DNA of 63,764 bases, counting the filler, from Folioceros fuciformis (taxonomy: Eukaryota): the NCBI GenBank assembly GCA_049999805.1. It is 4 parts of 3 records of this genome, joined end to end, with 100 filler letters (N's around TTAATTAATTAA, not from the genome) between each part and the next. Parts side by side here need not be neighbours in the genome. Positions count along the whole stretch, not along the records: positions 24,309 to 42,862 come from JBNGIO010006173.1; positions 42,963 to 62,626 come from JBNGIO010006178.1; 2 more parts are not named here. One strand, given 5' to 3'. Below are positions 37,961 to 50,358 of this stretch, piece by piece (position 1 is the stretch's first letter; each line of letters opens with the position of its first letter). The notes under the pieces are model-generated. The model saw only the letters and a program-made list of their open reading frames with translations. It was not told the DNA's origin and ran no database searches. The position numbers and the translations under genes were made by a program.

Positions 37961-39798
37961 TCCCATCCACGCTATCTTGCTTACTTAAGAGTTTTCGAAG
38001 GTGCAAGCCAAAGCAACATGGTAAGCCATAAGTACATTTGCATCTATATCTACACCCAAGGGCCTGCTACTATACCACTTACCATTGCAAAAGATCCATG
38101 TTATTGTAAGACTAGAAGGCAAAATAACTTAGTTTTTTATTCTCTCGTGTCCATAGACCATTCTATTCCTGCTGAAACTTAGACCATGCTAAAACTTTGC
38201 ATAGCTAAAAGGGATAGGGTTGTGGAGGAATGTGTTCATAATCTCATTGTCTAACTTGGATATGAACCATAGCTGTTGGATTTATGCATTAAAAGGTAGG
38301 TTATAGAAAGCCTTGCATGTATCCAAAAAGGTGGGCTAGTTGAATTGCTTCACATGGTTGTGAATAATCTTCGCACATGCTAATAAAGCCATACAACCTT
38401 AGTACAACATATGTCTAACTATTGAAGCCATACAACCTTACTACAACATATGTCCGTCTATTGTCAAGTCAAATGCCCACATCTTTGTAGTAGCTCTTCA
38501 AGGTCCTATGTGCATTGTGGACTTGAAATCAGCCAAAAAGGTAAAGCATGATATGTTGCATAGTGACATTTCACCGAACTTATCCATAGCCAAATGTTTG
38601 GTGGATGTCTCTACAAACTGTGGTTAACAAGATGAGTTGCACATTGTTTCCGACGTATTAGGTAGAAAGGACATCATGAGATAGATAGCTCTGATAGCTA
38701 AGTATGCAAAGCATGGGCCTAGCTAAAAAGTCTTGTTATGGATGCGAAATTAGAGAAGGAGAGCCCGATTGTTAAATGTCATTTGCAATAAATATGCCAC
38801 ATGAGCAATATTATCAATACTTAACTTCAGAAATGTCATAAATGGGAAAAAGGTCTTTCACAAGTTTACTACAACATTGCAAAGAATATGCCACATGAAC
38901 AAATTTACTAATATATAACCTCCTAAATAACATGACAAAGGTCCTCCGCAATTGGACAGTAGCCGTTTACAACAAACAAGCTAAATTAGCAATTTTATCA
39001 ATATGAAACATCATAAATGACATAAATGGGAAAGGGTTTCTTTCACACTTTGACTAATATATAATCTCATAAATGATATGAATTGAAAATATAATCTCTT
39101 TCACAAATTTCATAATTTGATACCAATAAATAATTTAAAAAATAATAAATCAATCAATAAATAATTTATGTGTTCATGGACATTGGTAGATTATGATCTA
39201 TCTGATTGATGACCTATCTGATAAGAAAATCCAGCTTCTGCATCTTACAACCAAGTTACAACATAAATCCAAATAAACATGGATTAGAAAATATTATTCA
39301 TGAACAAGTATTATTCCAAAAAATCGAGTCTTACAAAATTCACGACATCTACATGGATAACCCATCTAATTTAGATCATTTACAAGTATTGTGTACAATG
39401 TCCTTCATGCCACATCATTATATATTCAACATAATATAATTTAATAAAAAATAACCGCCCCAGTTTCCTACATTAAAATAACAAATAGTTCATGCAGAAT
39501 TAACTCCATCATTTACAACAAGCATGCCATGCCATGTCATCCAACCCTATTGTAAAGTCTATGCTAACTTGCACATCAACAAGCCTTTGATGTAAAATCG
39601 ATGCTACATCACATCAATTAGCAACCTTTGTTGTATATGTTCAAAAATAGTACATTTGGGGATAATCATAGTAACAGTAATGTAGTTTTCTCTAACTAAA
39701 CTTAAAAACAATTGTGAAAGGTAGGTCCCCCATGTAGTGCCACCTAGAGCCACAATTCAAGTTTTGGATGAAGGCATTTTCTTCATAGAGAATACCTC

Positions 39799-39970
39799 TA
39801 GCCCTTATTATCTCCAAGAGTTTCACATCCTAGCTAAGAATAGATTGGCCAACTTTGTGCCAGCCCTTATCTTCTCCTAAAGTTCCGCATCCTTTCTAAG
39901 AATAGATTTGCCAACTCTTCACTAACCCTTATATCTCCTAGAGTTTAGAATCTACCTAGGAATAGATTGG
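39799..39970. repeat. Degenerate ~62-bp tandem repeat x3
   Basis: CCCTTAT...TCTCC...AGTT...AGAATAGATT recurs three times. Confidence 0.65.
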
Positions 39971-40360
39971 AGGACGCTTCTAGGCAAGTTTCCAAGGGCC
40001 TGCTACAGGTATATTTTAACACTTTCTGCATACTGATTCAACGCAGTACGAACGTCAACAGTTATATGTAAATATAATATAATGAAAATACTGTACGTGA
40101 AACATCAACTTGAGCAAAGAAATAGGGCGCACGTGCAACGGTACAAGGAGTGATGAGTACGCTGGCGCACACTCACATCGCGTCTTTCACGTTCTCGCGA
40201 GATGCATGGTTTCGAAGAATATATAGTTACGATGGTAACCATAACGTTGGGATTGCGCTGGCCTACGGCACCCGCCTTGAGATCGTTCCTGGGGCAGTCT
40301 GGACACTTGTATCCTCCTCTCGTAGAGGGTGTTCGGGAGGGAGCCGCCGACGCAGCTGGC

Positions 40361-42379
40361 ATGGCAGGATCAGGTGAATGGAGCCTTGGCGTCGTGGATC
40401 TCCCTTTGTGGAGCATCGTCCTGGCCTTAGGAGTGTTTGCGCTTTTTGCTGTAAGCAGAAAGAGCCGCAATCTCCCACCTGGGCCACCTCCGCTTCCTGT
40501 TGTGGGCAATCTGAACATATTTGCAAACTCCAAATGCCTGCACAGGGATCTTGCCAAGCTGGCTGGCAAGTACGGCGAAATAATGTGGTTATGGTTGGGC
40601 TCTAAGGGAGCGATGGTGGTGTCCTCTCCAGCCCTGGCTCGTGAGGTTCTCAAGAACCAGGATGCCGTGTTTGCCTCTCGCTCCCCGACCCATGCCGCCA
40701 CCAAGTTAACTTTCACGAACATAGCCTTTGCACCGTATGGGCCAGCCCTGCGCCATTCCAAGTAAGGTTGTATAATTGTGCATGTGGATTCAGCCGGAGT
40801 TGGGTGCTGCCGTAATGATCTTTTTGGGCGGGGCTGTTTGCCCACACCTGCAGCTTATGCTTGCAATGCCTTTCAGGAAGGTGATGATCGCAGAGCTCGT
40901 GTCGCCGAAGATGCTTAAGCAATTCGAGGACATAAGATCGCAGGAAATTGCTGCCATGGTTGCAACAATCCGGAGTCACATTACCACGTCCGGGGCGGAG
41001 AGGTCATCCCCTGTCAACATTGCTTTCCTGCTCAACCTTCTGACTCTGAACAACATAACACGTATGGGCATAAGCAAGAAATTCTTTGACTACCAAATCC
41101 AAGACCATACTGGTCCGCAAACGCAAAGCACCTCACTTCCACACCAGGTACACCGCATTTTTTTTCCCCTTCTTTTCAACACGTGTCGGTCTGCTACAGT
41201 GCACTAACGGGCTAGGGTCTCTCCTTTTTCGTAGCTAAGTCTTGCGGTTGTTGGGACTTCAAATGAACAGGGTAATGAGGATAGCGAGTCTTTCGTCAGC
41301 CTCGTGAATGAGGTTTTTACGGTGCTCCCAATCCAGCTGCTCCGGGATTGTATCCCCTACCTGTCCATTTTCGACAACTTGAATCCTGTCAAACACAGGA
41401 TTAGCACGATCAGCAAGCGCCTGGACCGATTCTTGACAGCTTTAATCCAGGAACACCGCGAGGAGTTAAGACAAGACTCACGCCCAAGTGCAAAAGACTA
41501 TGTTGACGTCTTGTTGCAGTTGAATGACGAAGACAAGCTCTCGGACGACGCTGTCAAGGGACAGGTCTTGGTAATAACCCTCAACTGAGAGATACCAGCT
41601 GTGTGGTCCAGTGTAGCAAAATTTCATGCCAGCCGGGTCGCCACCACTAGTCTGACCCCATCTTCGATTTGAAGGACCTAATTCTGGGAGGAAGCCACAC
41701 GACAGCGAGTACCACGCAGTGGGCGATGGTCGAGTTATTGCGGCATCCTGATTACCTGGAGAGAGTAGAGAAGGAGGTGAACTCTGCGGTGAGCAGCGAC
41801 CGGCAGGTTACTGACGCAGATCTTCCAAAACTGCCATATCTCGAAGCCGTGGTGAAAGAAACGCTCCGGTTACATCCAGTTGTGCCTTTACTGATTCCTC
41901 ACTGTTCTCTGGAGGCCACCAAGGTAGCAGGATACGACATTCCTGCCCAAACAGCGGTGTTTGTCAATGTATGGGCCATAACCACAGACCCTGCAGTGTG
42001 GAAGGATTCCCTCCAATTCATTCCGGAAAGGTTTATCGACAGGTACACATCATTCCCAGCTCGATTTCAAGCAGTTGGATTCTTGCAATTGGCCTGTCAT
42101 AACCCAATCACTAACGAAGTTTTGTGCAGGCCTGATCTGGATGTTCGGGGCCAGACCTTTGAGGTTCTACCTTTTGGTTCTGGAAGGAGAATCTGCCCAG
42201 GGACGAATTTAGGTTTACTGATGGTGCAGCTCATTCTTGCTACTCTGCTGCACGAATTTCGCTGGTCTCTGCCTGATGACGTAAAGAAACCTGACGACCT
42301 GGATATGACCGAGAAAGAGGGACTCGCTGTGACCAGAGTTGAACCGTTACATGTTGTGTTCGACATTCGACATGCTTGA
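40361..42379 (+). CDS. CYP71-clan cytochrome P450 (copy 3, intact, atypical I-helix GGSHTT)
   Basis: Exons 40361-40761, 40877-41147, 41271-41570, 41675-42042, 42130-42379. PPGPPP, ETLR, PERF, FGSGRRICPG. Confidence 0.92.
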
Positions 42380-43729
42380 GTTTTGCTGCAAACGTACGGC
42401 CCGTTTCTAAGAGGTTTTCAAATTCTCCATCGATTGGCACATTATGGTACACTTCTCAGGTGGAAACTGTAAAAAGATTTTCTACAGAAGGGATGGATTC
42501 GATACACAAACCTTGCCATGTAAGGGAAAAATTCCGTCCAAGAAGTGGAGAAGTCTCCGCTTCATAGAGAGGTACAAGTAAAAATAAGGTCTAAGAACTG
42601 GAGAAAAATGTGAACATATAATAAAATAATAAAATATTTTCCATTATTTTTAATTATTAACTATGAAATATTACTCTACTTATTAACTTTATAGAATTTT
42701 CTAAAATTTAAAATCAACTCATTGCAACATGTTTGAAAGCAACATTTTGGGTCCCTATGTGAAGATCATTGTGCTAAATAACATTAAAATGGGTTTATTT
42801 TTTATTACTGAAAAAAAAAGATGGAAAATCTATTCCAAAGGTAGAGGAGGAACAACCTAAGCNNNNNNNNNNNNNNNNNNNNNNNNNNNNNNNNNNNNNN
42901 NNNNNNTTAATTAATTAANNNNNNNNNNNNNNNNNNNNNNNNNNNNNNNNNNNNNNNNNNNNAATTGCACATCCAAGAAAGTCCTTCATGATAGTACACA
43001 ATATTGAGGATAGCTAGGCTCCTTTCTAAGAGAACATGGGTTCGATGAAGTGCAAACAAAAGCAACCAAGTTAGCTCTTATTGAATCATATTACTCTTAC
43101 GTAAGGCTTTTATAAAATTAAACGTTACTCTTGCAAAGGATGGTGGGAGTCTCGTGGACATTTAACCAAAGATAGCATCTAGCGAACCAATCGTAAGTGT
43201 TTGGTCAAGCCTTGTGCAGTAGTTTGGGTCATTTGGATCTTGGTTCTTTTTAACTAGCGAAGTGCCTCTTTATGTAGTGAATACATCATTGGACCTCACA
43301 ACAAAAGCACTTCTCTTAACAAATGACGTATGAAATAAAAGGGGTTCCTCTAATCAAAAGAGGGGTTTAATGAAAATCCCATCATCTTTTTTGTTGTTTT
43401 TAACATCTTCTAATTATTTTGTGCCTCTTTGTAAGATCTCAACAATGTTTTTATCGAGTCTCGAGAGAGAAATTCTACTCTAATGTGAATGTCACTAATT
43501 GAACTCACTCTATATGAACACTAAGGATCAGCAAGGATGAATATATTTGGAGCTTCCATGTGGAACGGAAAAGTTTGGTAATCAATCTAGGAAAGTCTAA
43601 CTTGGTTTGTTTTTGTTCAGAACAGTTCGAAGGGAGGCATGTGGAAGGTAGATTTCGCCTTAAGGGTGACAAGGTCCTTTTTGCTGCAAGAGGGAAAGAC
43701 CCTTGGAGGGGGAAAGATAATAAGAAGAA

Positions 43730-43892
43730 ATCTAGAATTGGAGCCAGTCTTACGACTCTGCTCCTCTTGGAGAAGGGCTCTGACTACTTCATTGAGGTTG
43801 ATGGTCGCACATCACCCAGCAGCTACAGCAGCATATGAGTTCCTAAGAGATGCATTCTGATTGGACACAAATGTTTGATAGGAGACAGGGAG
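43730..43892 (-). mobile_element. Old copia element: gag continuation left of the solo-LTR insertion
   Basis: Reads LPVSYQTFVSNQNASLR...INLNEVVRALLQEEQSR, homologous to LPPSYRTFVSNQSSALR...ITLADIIGALLEEESTR in the young copia gag. Confidence 0.85.
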
Positions 43893-44699
43893 TGTGGAGT
43901 GGTTTCTTGCACCAAGAACCACCAAAGGGCCACACTTTCCCTTATTGTCGTTACAGCTTTATGATTCGCTCCCAAGGGAGTGAACTAGCGCCAAGGAACA
44001 CCTACGACTGTCTACTCACACTTCTACCTACCCGCCGGCCTCTAGGCCCGACCACACATACCAACAAAAAGGCCAAAACCCTAGCCTATCTTCAAATCAG
44101 CCCCCAAAACTCACACTCTAGCTCTTCAGTCTTTCAGCTCTTCATGATTCCCACTTTAGTCCTCCCTTCTCCACTTCAATCTTTCACCCTTCACTCCAGC
44201 ACCCACTCCTGCACCTCAGCAACACACTCTTCACTTCACTGCACTTCACTCCAGCTCTCCTTCTCTTTGCTTCAGCTATCCCCCAGAAATTGGGACACAA
44301 CGGCCTCACCCCTTGCAGTCTTCAAGCCTTGTGTGGATACTAGGACTAGATAGCCCTCCTGGCTCACGGTCCCGGCACTTCACTTCAGCTAACCTGCAAA
44401 ACATTCAGCCCTTGCGGATCCGGCCACACGGATCTTGGCAGTCTTGGGATCCTCCACGTTCCCCTAGTGGCAAGGGGAATCAGAACCTTGGTTGAGTCTC
44501 AAATCGGCTTAGCACCCTAGGCCGGGAGTTCTACACACAAGGTCAAGGGAAATCGCACCATAGACCCCCCTCTCAATGGCAGGTCTCCCCCCTCTTATAC
44601 TGCCTAGCCCTCCACCTCTGTCTACTAGGGTTCACCTGAGTCAACTACCTAACCATCTCTCTCTCTGACCTAAACCATCCTACACCCAGTTCTGACCTA

Positions 44700-44895
44700 A
44701 ACCTGACCTAGGTCTAACCTAGACCTAACCTGACCTAAGTCTAACCTAGACCTAACCCGACCTAGGTCTGACCTAGACCTAACCCAACCTAGGTCTGACC
44801 TAGACCTAACCCGACCTAGGTCTGGCCTAGACCTAACCTGACCTAAGTTTGGCCTAGACCTAACCTGACCTAGGTCTAACCTAGATCTAACCTAG
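44700..44895. repeat. 27-bp tandem array (CTAGACCTAACCTGACCTAGGTCTAAC) inside the solo LTR
   Basis: About 7 copies read directly. Confidence 0.9.
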
Positions 44896-46259
44896 GACCC
44901 TAACTCTAGCCTACCCTTGCTTCTAATTGCCCGTTATCCCTTGGCACCATTAGCTGCCCTCTACCCAAAATTATCAGCCCCTCACATCTAGCCAAAATCA
45001 AGGGTGCTTCTCAACACCCCTCACCCCTCTCCCGGATCAGCTCATCCTGCATTCTTCGGAGTCTTCGCCTTCAGGACCCTTCCCTCCATCCTGCCAGTCA
45101 AAATTCATGCCCCGGCAAATCACCATCTAGCACCCTGGAGGAGCACCTTGCAAGGTGGAAATGACATTCCACTATTCCTGTCAACATAACCATCACTAGG
45201 CTTCCCACCACTAGTAGCACCCCTATGCTACAACCTTCGGCCTACAAGCAACTAGGGTTGCTACTAATAGATGGAACACCATGTGCCACTTATGTCCTTG
45301 GTTGGCCACCTTCCAAGCTGTTGGACTGGTCTGTTGGACCGATGCCCTTGAGCGGATGCCCCATGGCGTTGCGTCCTGGAATGGCAAACATCACCCATCA
45401 TCTCGGTAATTAGCATCAGGCTCTCCGCCTGCGGTAGAGAGTCGGTTCCCACCCACAGATGGCAAGCCGTATGCTAATTACGGCCACTGGCTGGCCATGG
45501 TACAGGAAATGCATCACCCCAGTCTGATCCCCAGCAGCCCTTGCTCGTCTCTCCACTAGACTACCTTCGGCGTCTCCATCCATGACCCTAGACGACAGGG
45601 TATCAACTTCTTGAGGCTTCCCGGATCTCTCCTCCTATTCCTCATCTGATTCCAGTCAGGTGCCCCAGCACGCCCTCGGTGCCCGAGACGAGCAACCCTT
45701 TCTCCACCAGCCTCCCTTGATTCGCCTGCCAGCCCAACTGCTTCAGCCAAGTTCCAACCAGCCCGCCACTAGCCTGTTTGGCTTGCTAGATCCGGCCATC
45801 ATGCACCCTGTTAGCCGTCGGCTGACCTGGATGCCACCTGGGCACAACGCCACCCACCTTGCCCATCTGACCTCACCAAGACGAGACCTTCACCAGGCTT
45901 GTCTGTTGTTGTTGCAGATGCTACTAGAGGCCGGCCTGAGCGTGCTTCCCAGCCACAGGGTCCCCGAGTTGAGCAAGGCTGAGGATAATTCAGAGGCAGC
46001 AGCCAGTGGTTTTGCGACTCTGCTTTTTGCCTTCCGTCCAGCCACCAAGAGATCTCCAAAAACGGCCGCGACCCCTCCAGCTCAACCAGCCCCTTTGATC
46101 CAATACTGGCCGCCTGCCAGCCCGCTGCCCCAGCGTCCTACCATCCCTCCTCCGGCCAGGTCCCCTCCGGCTTATCAGGATTTGGCCTCGGCCTGCCTCG
46201 TCTCACCTGCTCGTGCCTGCTCCACCCCCATTTGCGGCCGTCCCGGTGCAGCGCCTACC

Positions 46260-46492
46260 TATAAATTAGGATCGAGGTGGAAGCGAGAGCAAGCAAGAAG
46301 ATGTAGAATGATAATCTTTACTTTGGGCCGTGTGGCCTTAAAAAAGACTAAACGGTTGTGTCCTGTGAGTGTGAAGGTACGGCGATTAGTTTTAGGTCGC
46401 CGACCCTTGTGTATGTCGCTAGGAATCTACTGGTTCCCATCTAAATATGATTTACTATTTATTAATGCTCGATATATATAATTCTACCAATA
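46260..46492 (-). repeat. 3' LTR of the young copia
   Basis: Direct repeat of 52494-52725; adjacent to the PPT (GGCTAAGTGGGAG on the minus strand). Confidence 0.95.
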
Positions 46493-47046
46493 CTCCCACT
46501 TAGCCAGCATTACCCTAGTTAGGACTGCGAAACCACGGGTTAAGAAACCTCGCCGAAGTTAGGTCTCCAGTTCTCTTCATGCCCGCCGCCGCTGTTCACA
46601 GTCCATGGATGAGCTTACAGCTGTGATTCTGGTGCTGGCGCTGTTGCTGTGTGCTTGGATTCTTCGATGTCGCCGGCCTTGCGCAGACTGCAGCAATCTG
46701 GAGAAGGCACACTCAAGATGGCGGCTGGCGCATGGTTTTTTACTACTTGCGCCCAATGCTCCATTCCGATGCCTTACAAACTGCTTCGACAGATTTCATG
46801 TATGCTGGCTGTGACATCACAGATGATGGTCGGCAAATTCTCCGCTATGGTTCGCTTCTTCAGTCTTGCTCTGTAAGTGACTCCTCCTACTACAGCTTGT
46901 GTAGGATGCTTTCTGACCTCATACCTTTGTGTTACGCAGAGCCTTGGTGGCGCTGCACCACATAGATGCCATCCAGAAGGTTTCATCCTTCGTGAAGTGC
47001 CACAGGGTTAGAGTCGAGATGCTAGCTAGGTGGAAGGTTCTGGTAA

Positions 47047-50000
47047 CTAGGACTCTAGGTCCTCAGCTAAGCCCATTGCAGCTGCAAATTTTTCGTGTTT
47101 TTCTCTGGTAAGTGCCTTGGTGAGCAGGTCTGCAATGTTGCTATGAGTGGACACGAACTGTAAGTTTGCACGTCCCTCACTGACCACTTGCCTTATAAAG
47201 TGGTGCTTGATTTCTATGTGTTTTGTTCTGGCGTGCACGACAGGGTTCTGGGCCAAAGCTATGGCTGACTGGTTATCGCTCAGAAGGAGTGTTGGGTCAG
47301 TTTGCTCTTCCCCAAGAGAGGCCAGCAGTTCCCTGCCATGGATAATGTCTTGTGCGGTTGTGGTGGCAGATATGTACTCTGCTTCAGTGGAGGACAGAGC
47401 CACCATAGGTTGCTTCTTACTATGCCATGATATTATTGTTGCCTGTGTCTCATCTTCTCCTAGCATGAGGCAATGGGCAGATATTGACCGGCGGCTGTCT
47501 GAATCAGCCGCCCAGTCGGCATCGCAATAACAGGTTAGTTGCAGCTTGCTTGGTCTTTGCTTATAGAGTAACCCCATCTTTGGTGTACCACCAAGATAGC
47601 GGATACATCTCTGAACTGCTTGCCAGTGTGCTGGTCCATAGTTGGAAAGGAACTGAGAGGTCACACCCACAGCGTGTGAGAGCTCAGGGCGTGTCCAGTT
47701 GCGGAAGTAGATGAGTACTCCCACTGCAGGCCGATATGGTGTCTTTTCCATCTGAATGCGTTCTGATTCATTCTTTGGACATTGCTCTAATGTGAGCTTC
47801 TCACCCACTGCCATTGGTGTTGCAGCAGGTGTAGCATTCTGCATTCTGAATCGTGCAAGGGTCTGGACAACGAACTGTGCCTGATGAATAAATATTGTAT
47901 GCCTTCCCAGGTTTTGACGTATTTGAATACCTAGGAACCAAGTCAGTTGACCTAAATCTGTCATAGAAAACTCTGAGGTGAGAATGCTCTTGACTTTGTT
48001 CATCTGCACTGGGTTGCTGGATATGATGACAGCATCATCGACATACAGTGCTAGGTAAGCTACTCCATTTTTATCATGCAACTTATAGACATTTGAATCA
48101 GCTGTGCTTTGGACGAAACCACACTTCTTTAAGTAGGTATCTATTCTTTTGTACCACTCACGTGGTGATTGCTTTAACCCATACACTGTTTTGATAAGAC
48201 GACATACCTTATTTGGATGCTTTGGGTCAACGTACCCTTCAGGTTGACGCATGTATATTGTTTCCTCCAGGTCGCCATTCAAGAAGGCGGTTTTGACGTC
48301 CATGTGTTGAAGAAGGTAGTCATGCTGGGCTGCTATCGCCAGCAAGGTACGGATGGATGTAGCTCTGACTACTGGAGAGAATGTCTCCGAGTAGTCTAGT
48401 CCTTCAACTTGGCTGTAACCTCGAGCTACCAGCCGAGCTTTGTATCTTGCTATAGATCCATCAGCCGCTTTCTTCAACTTGAATACCCATTTGCATGTTA
48501 CAGCTTTTCGTCCAGGTGGTAAGTCTTCAAGTATCCATGTTTTGTTATCCATTATAGACTTGTATTCTGATTCGATTGCTTCATGCCACTTAGCTTTCTC
48601 AGGTGAGTTCATTGCCTCCTGGTAGGACTGTGGCTCACCCATGTCGATTGGCATGTCTTCATGCACTAGAAAGCTTTGGTATGAAAGTGGAGGAGTGGTC
48701 CATTCATATGGGGACGCAGTGTGATGTCTGGAACTACGGCGAGGAGCTTCCTCTGATGCTGGTTCAGGTTCAGATTCAGGTTCTGAGTCTTCCTCTTGTA
48801 TTGTGGCTTCCGAAGGTGATACACTATTTGTCTCTTCATTTGGACTTTCAGTCTCCTCTTCGACTTCATCTTCTGGGAAGTCAGAGGGTTCTGCATCACT
48901 CTCACTGTCTGTCTGGGAATCTATAGGAGCCACAGGGTGTACAGCCTGTGAGGGAGTGGTACTATGCGATGTGGTTGTGAACTCTCCATCTTCACTTGTA
49001 TCCTCAGGTTCGTTAGGCTGGACATCTAACTTGGGCTGGTTTACTGAAGGAGTAAGTAGCATTTTTTCATTAAATACTACACTTCGGGCATGGATAGTTG
49101 TTCTAGTTTGTGGATCTAGCAGCTTATAGCCTTTTATTCCTTCAGTATACCCCACAAAGACGTACTTTCTTGCTTTATAATCTAACTTCACTCTTTGTTT
49201 CTCTGCAAGGTGAGCATATGCTGGGGAACCGAAGATTCGCAGGTGATTAATTCGCGGCTTGTGAGTAGTCCATCTCTCAAATGGTGTAGCTCCAGTAAAA
49301 GCTTTGGTAGGCAGTCGATTTCTGATATACGCTGCTGTTGCTACAGCCTCACCCCAATAACCCCGTGTGAGGCCCGACACTTTAAGCATAGCCTTGGCTG
49401 CTGACTGAAGGTGTTTGTTGTTCAGCTTGGCCAAGGGATTCTGAGAAGAAGTATACGGTACAGTGAGCTGCCTATGTATTCCAAGTTCTTTGCAGTAATC
49501 CTGGAATGCGCCTGAAATAAATTCTCCACCATTGTCACTGCGCAGGGTCTTCAGCTGCTCTCCAGTTTGCCTCTGGGCAAAAGACACATACTCCTTGAAG
49601 CAGCTAAGTGTTTGGCTCTTATGCCTGAGAAGGTACACTACTACATACCTACTCCAATCGTCAATGAAGGAAAGAATGTATAGTGCACCTCCCAAGGTTG
49701 CAGTTGACATGGGACCACATAGGTCAGTATGAACAACTTCAAGTAGCTTCGTAGCTCTTGTTGGGTTGTCATCTGTGTATGGACTGCGTTGGTGCTTCCC
49801 AAACACGCATGCTTCACAGAACTGCTTCTCTGCAAACTGGAGCATGATCTTCTCTCGGTAAAGTGTATTGCTGGCTATCATTGTCTTCATTTTGTCGAAG
49901 TTGGCATGGCCCAGCCGACAGTGCCATAGCATAGTTGCATCATTGTTCTTGGTCTCTTGACTGACGTGGACTTGTGCACGTGTAAGTGGGAGACCATGCT

Positions 50001-50217
50001 CAGAGTTAATGTTGAGTTGATATAAATCATGGAAAGGTTCTCCTATAGCTAACACCTTGTTCTTGTTTGTAGGGTCAATGACTTGACACTTGAGACCCGT
50101 GAAGGAGACATTCAGAGTGTGCTGTGTGGTCAGCTTACGAACTGACACAAGATTCTTGACCATAGAAGGTACGTGCAACACATCTTCCAACACCAAGGTG
50201 GTGTTGTTACTCAACAT
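47047..50217 (-). CDS. pol: Copia pol (GAG-pre-integrase, integrase, RT, RNase H)
   Basis: 1056-aa ORF with LWHCRLGH, CEACVFGK, HTDLCGP, SDNGGEF, MDVKTAFLNG, LYVDD, CDADWA, TEAEY, ADLLTK. Confidence 0.95.
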   Translation of the reverse strand: MLSNNTTLVLEDVLHVPSMVKNLVSVRKLTTQHTLNVSFTGLKCQVIDPTNKNKVLAIGEPFHDLYQLNINSEHGLPLTRAQVHVSQETKNNDATMLWHCRLGHANFDKMKTMIASNTLYREKIMLQFAEKQFCEACVFGKHQRSPYTDDNPTRATKLLEVVHTDLCGPMSTATLGGALYILSFIDDWSRYVVVYLLRHKSQTLSCFKEYVSFAQRQTGEQLKTLRSDNGGEFISGAFQDYCKELGIHRQLTVPYTSSQNPLAKLNNKHLQSAAKAMLKVSGLTRGYWGEAVATAAYIRNRLPTKAFTGATPFERWTTHKPRINHLRIFGSPAYAHLAEKQRVKLDYKARKYVFVGYTEGIKGYKLLDPQTRTTIHARSVVFNEKMLLTPSVNQPKLDVQPNEPEDTSEDGEFTTTSHSTTPSQAVHPVAPIDSQTDSESDAEPSDFPEDEVEEETESPNEETNSVSPSEATIQEEDSEPESEPEPASEEAPRRSSRHHTASPYEWTTPPLSYQSFLVHEDMPIDMGEPQSYQEAMNSPEKAKWHEAIESEYKSIMDNKTWILEDLPPGRKAVTCKWVFKLKKAADGSIARYKARLVARGYSQVEGLDYSETFSPVVRATSIRTLLAIAAQHDYLLQHMDVKTAFLNGDLEETIYMRQPEGYVDPKHPNKVCRLIKTVYGLKQSPREWYKRIDTYLKKCGFVQSTADSNVYKLHDKNGVAYLALYVDDAVIISSNPVQMNKVKSILTSEFSMTDLGQLTWFLGIQIRQNLGRHTIFIHQAQFVVQTLARFRMQNATPAATPMAVGEKLTLEQCPKNESERIQMEKTPYRPAVGVLIYFRNWTRPELSHAVGVTSQFLSNYGPAHWQAVQRCIRYLGGTPKMGLLYKQRPSKLQLTCYCDADWAADSDSRRSISAHCLMLGEDETQATIISWHSKKQPMVALSSTEAEYISATTTAQDIIHGRELLASLGEEQTDPTLLLSDNQSAIALAQNPVVHARTKHIEIKHHFIRQVVSEGRANLQFVSTHSNIADLLTKALTREKHEKFAAAMGLAEDLES

Positions 50218-50358
50218 AACTGGTACTGACCCGGTGCCCTCTATGTGCAGGCCACTGTCATCTCCAAGAAGAACAAATTAACCGGGTGGAATAGCCCTAT
50301 ACTCAGTAAAGGACTGCTTGCAATGACAGATGTGAGCAGACACACCTGAGTCTATAAA

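Noticed and set aside
42043-42129. Stop-free in-frame intron 4 in P450 copies 1 and 3
   Set aside because: Canonical GT-AG, and the equivalent intron in copy 2 contains stops. A chance open frame is sufficient.
45660-46259. Pro-rich ORFs within the solo LTR (also 52760-54550)
   Set aside because: Products of C-rich low-complexity DNA; one reads through an insertion junction.
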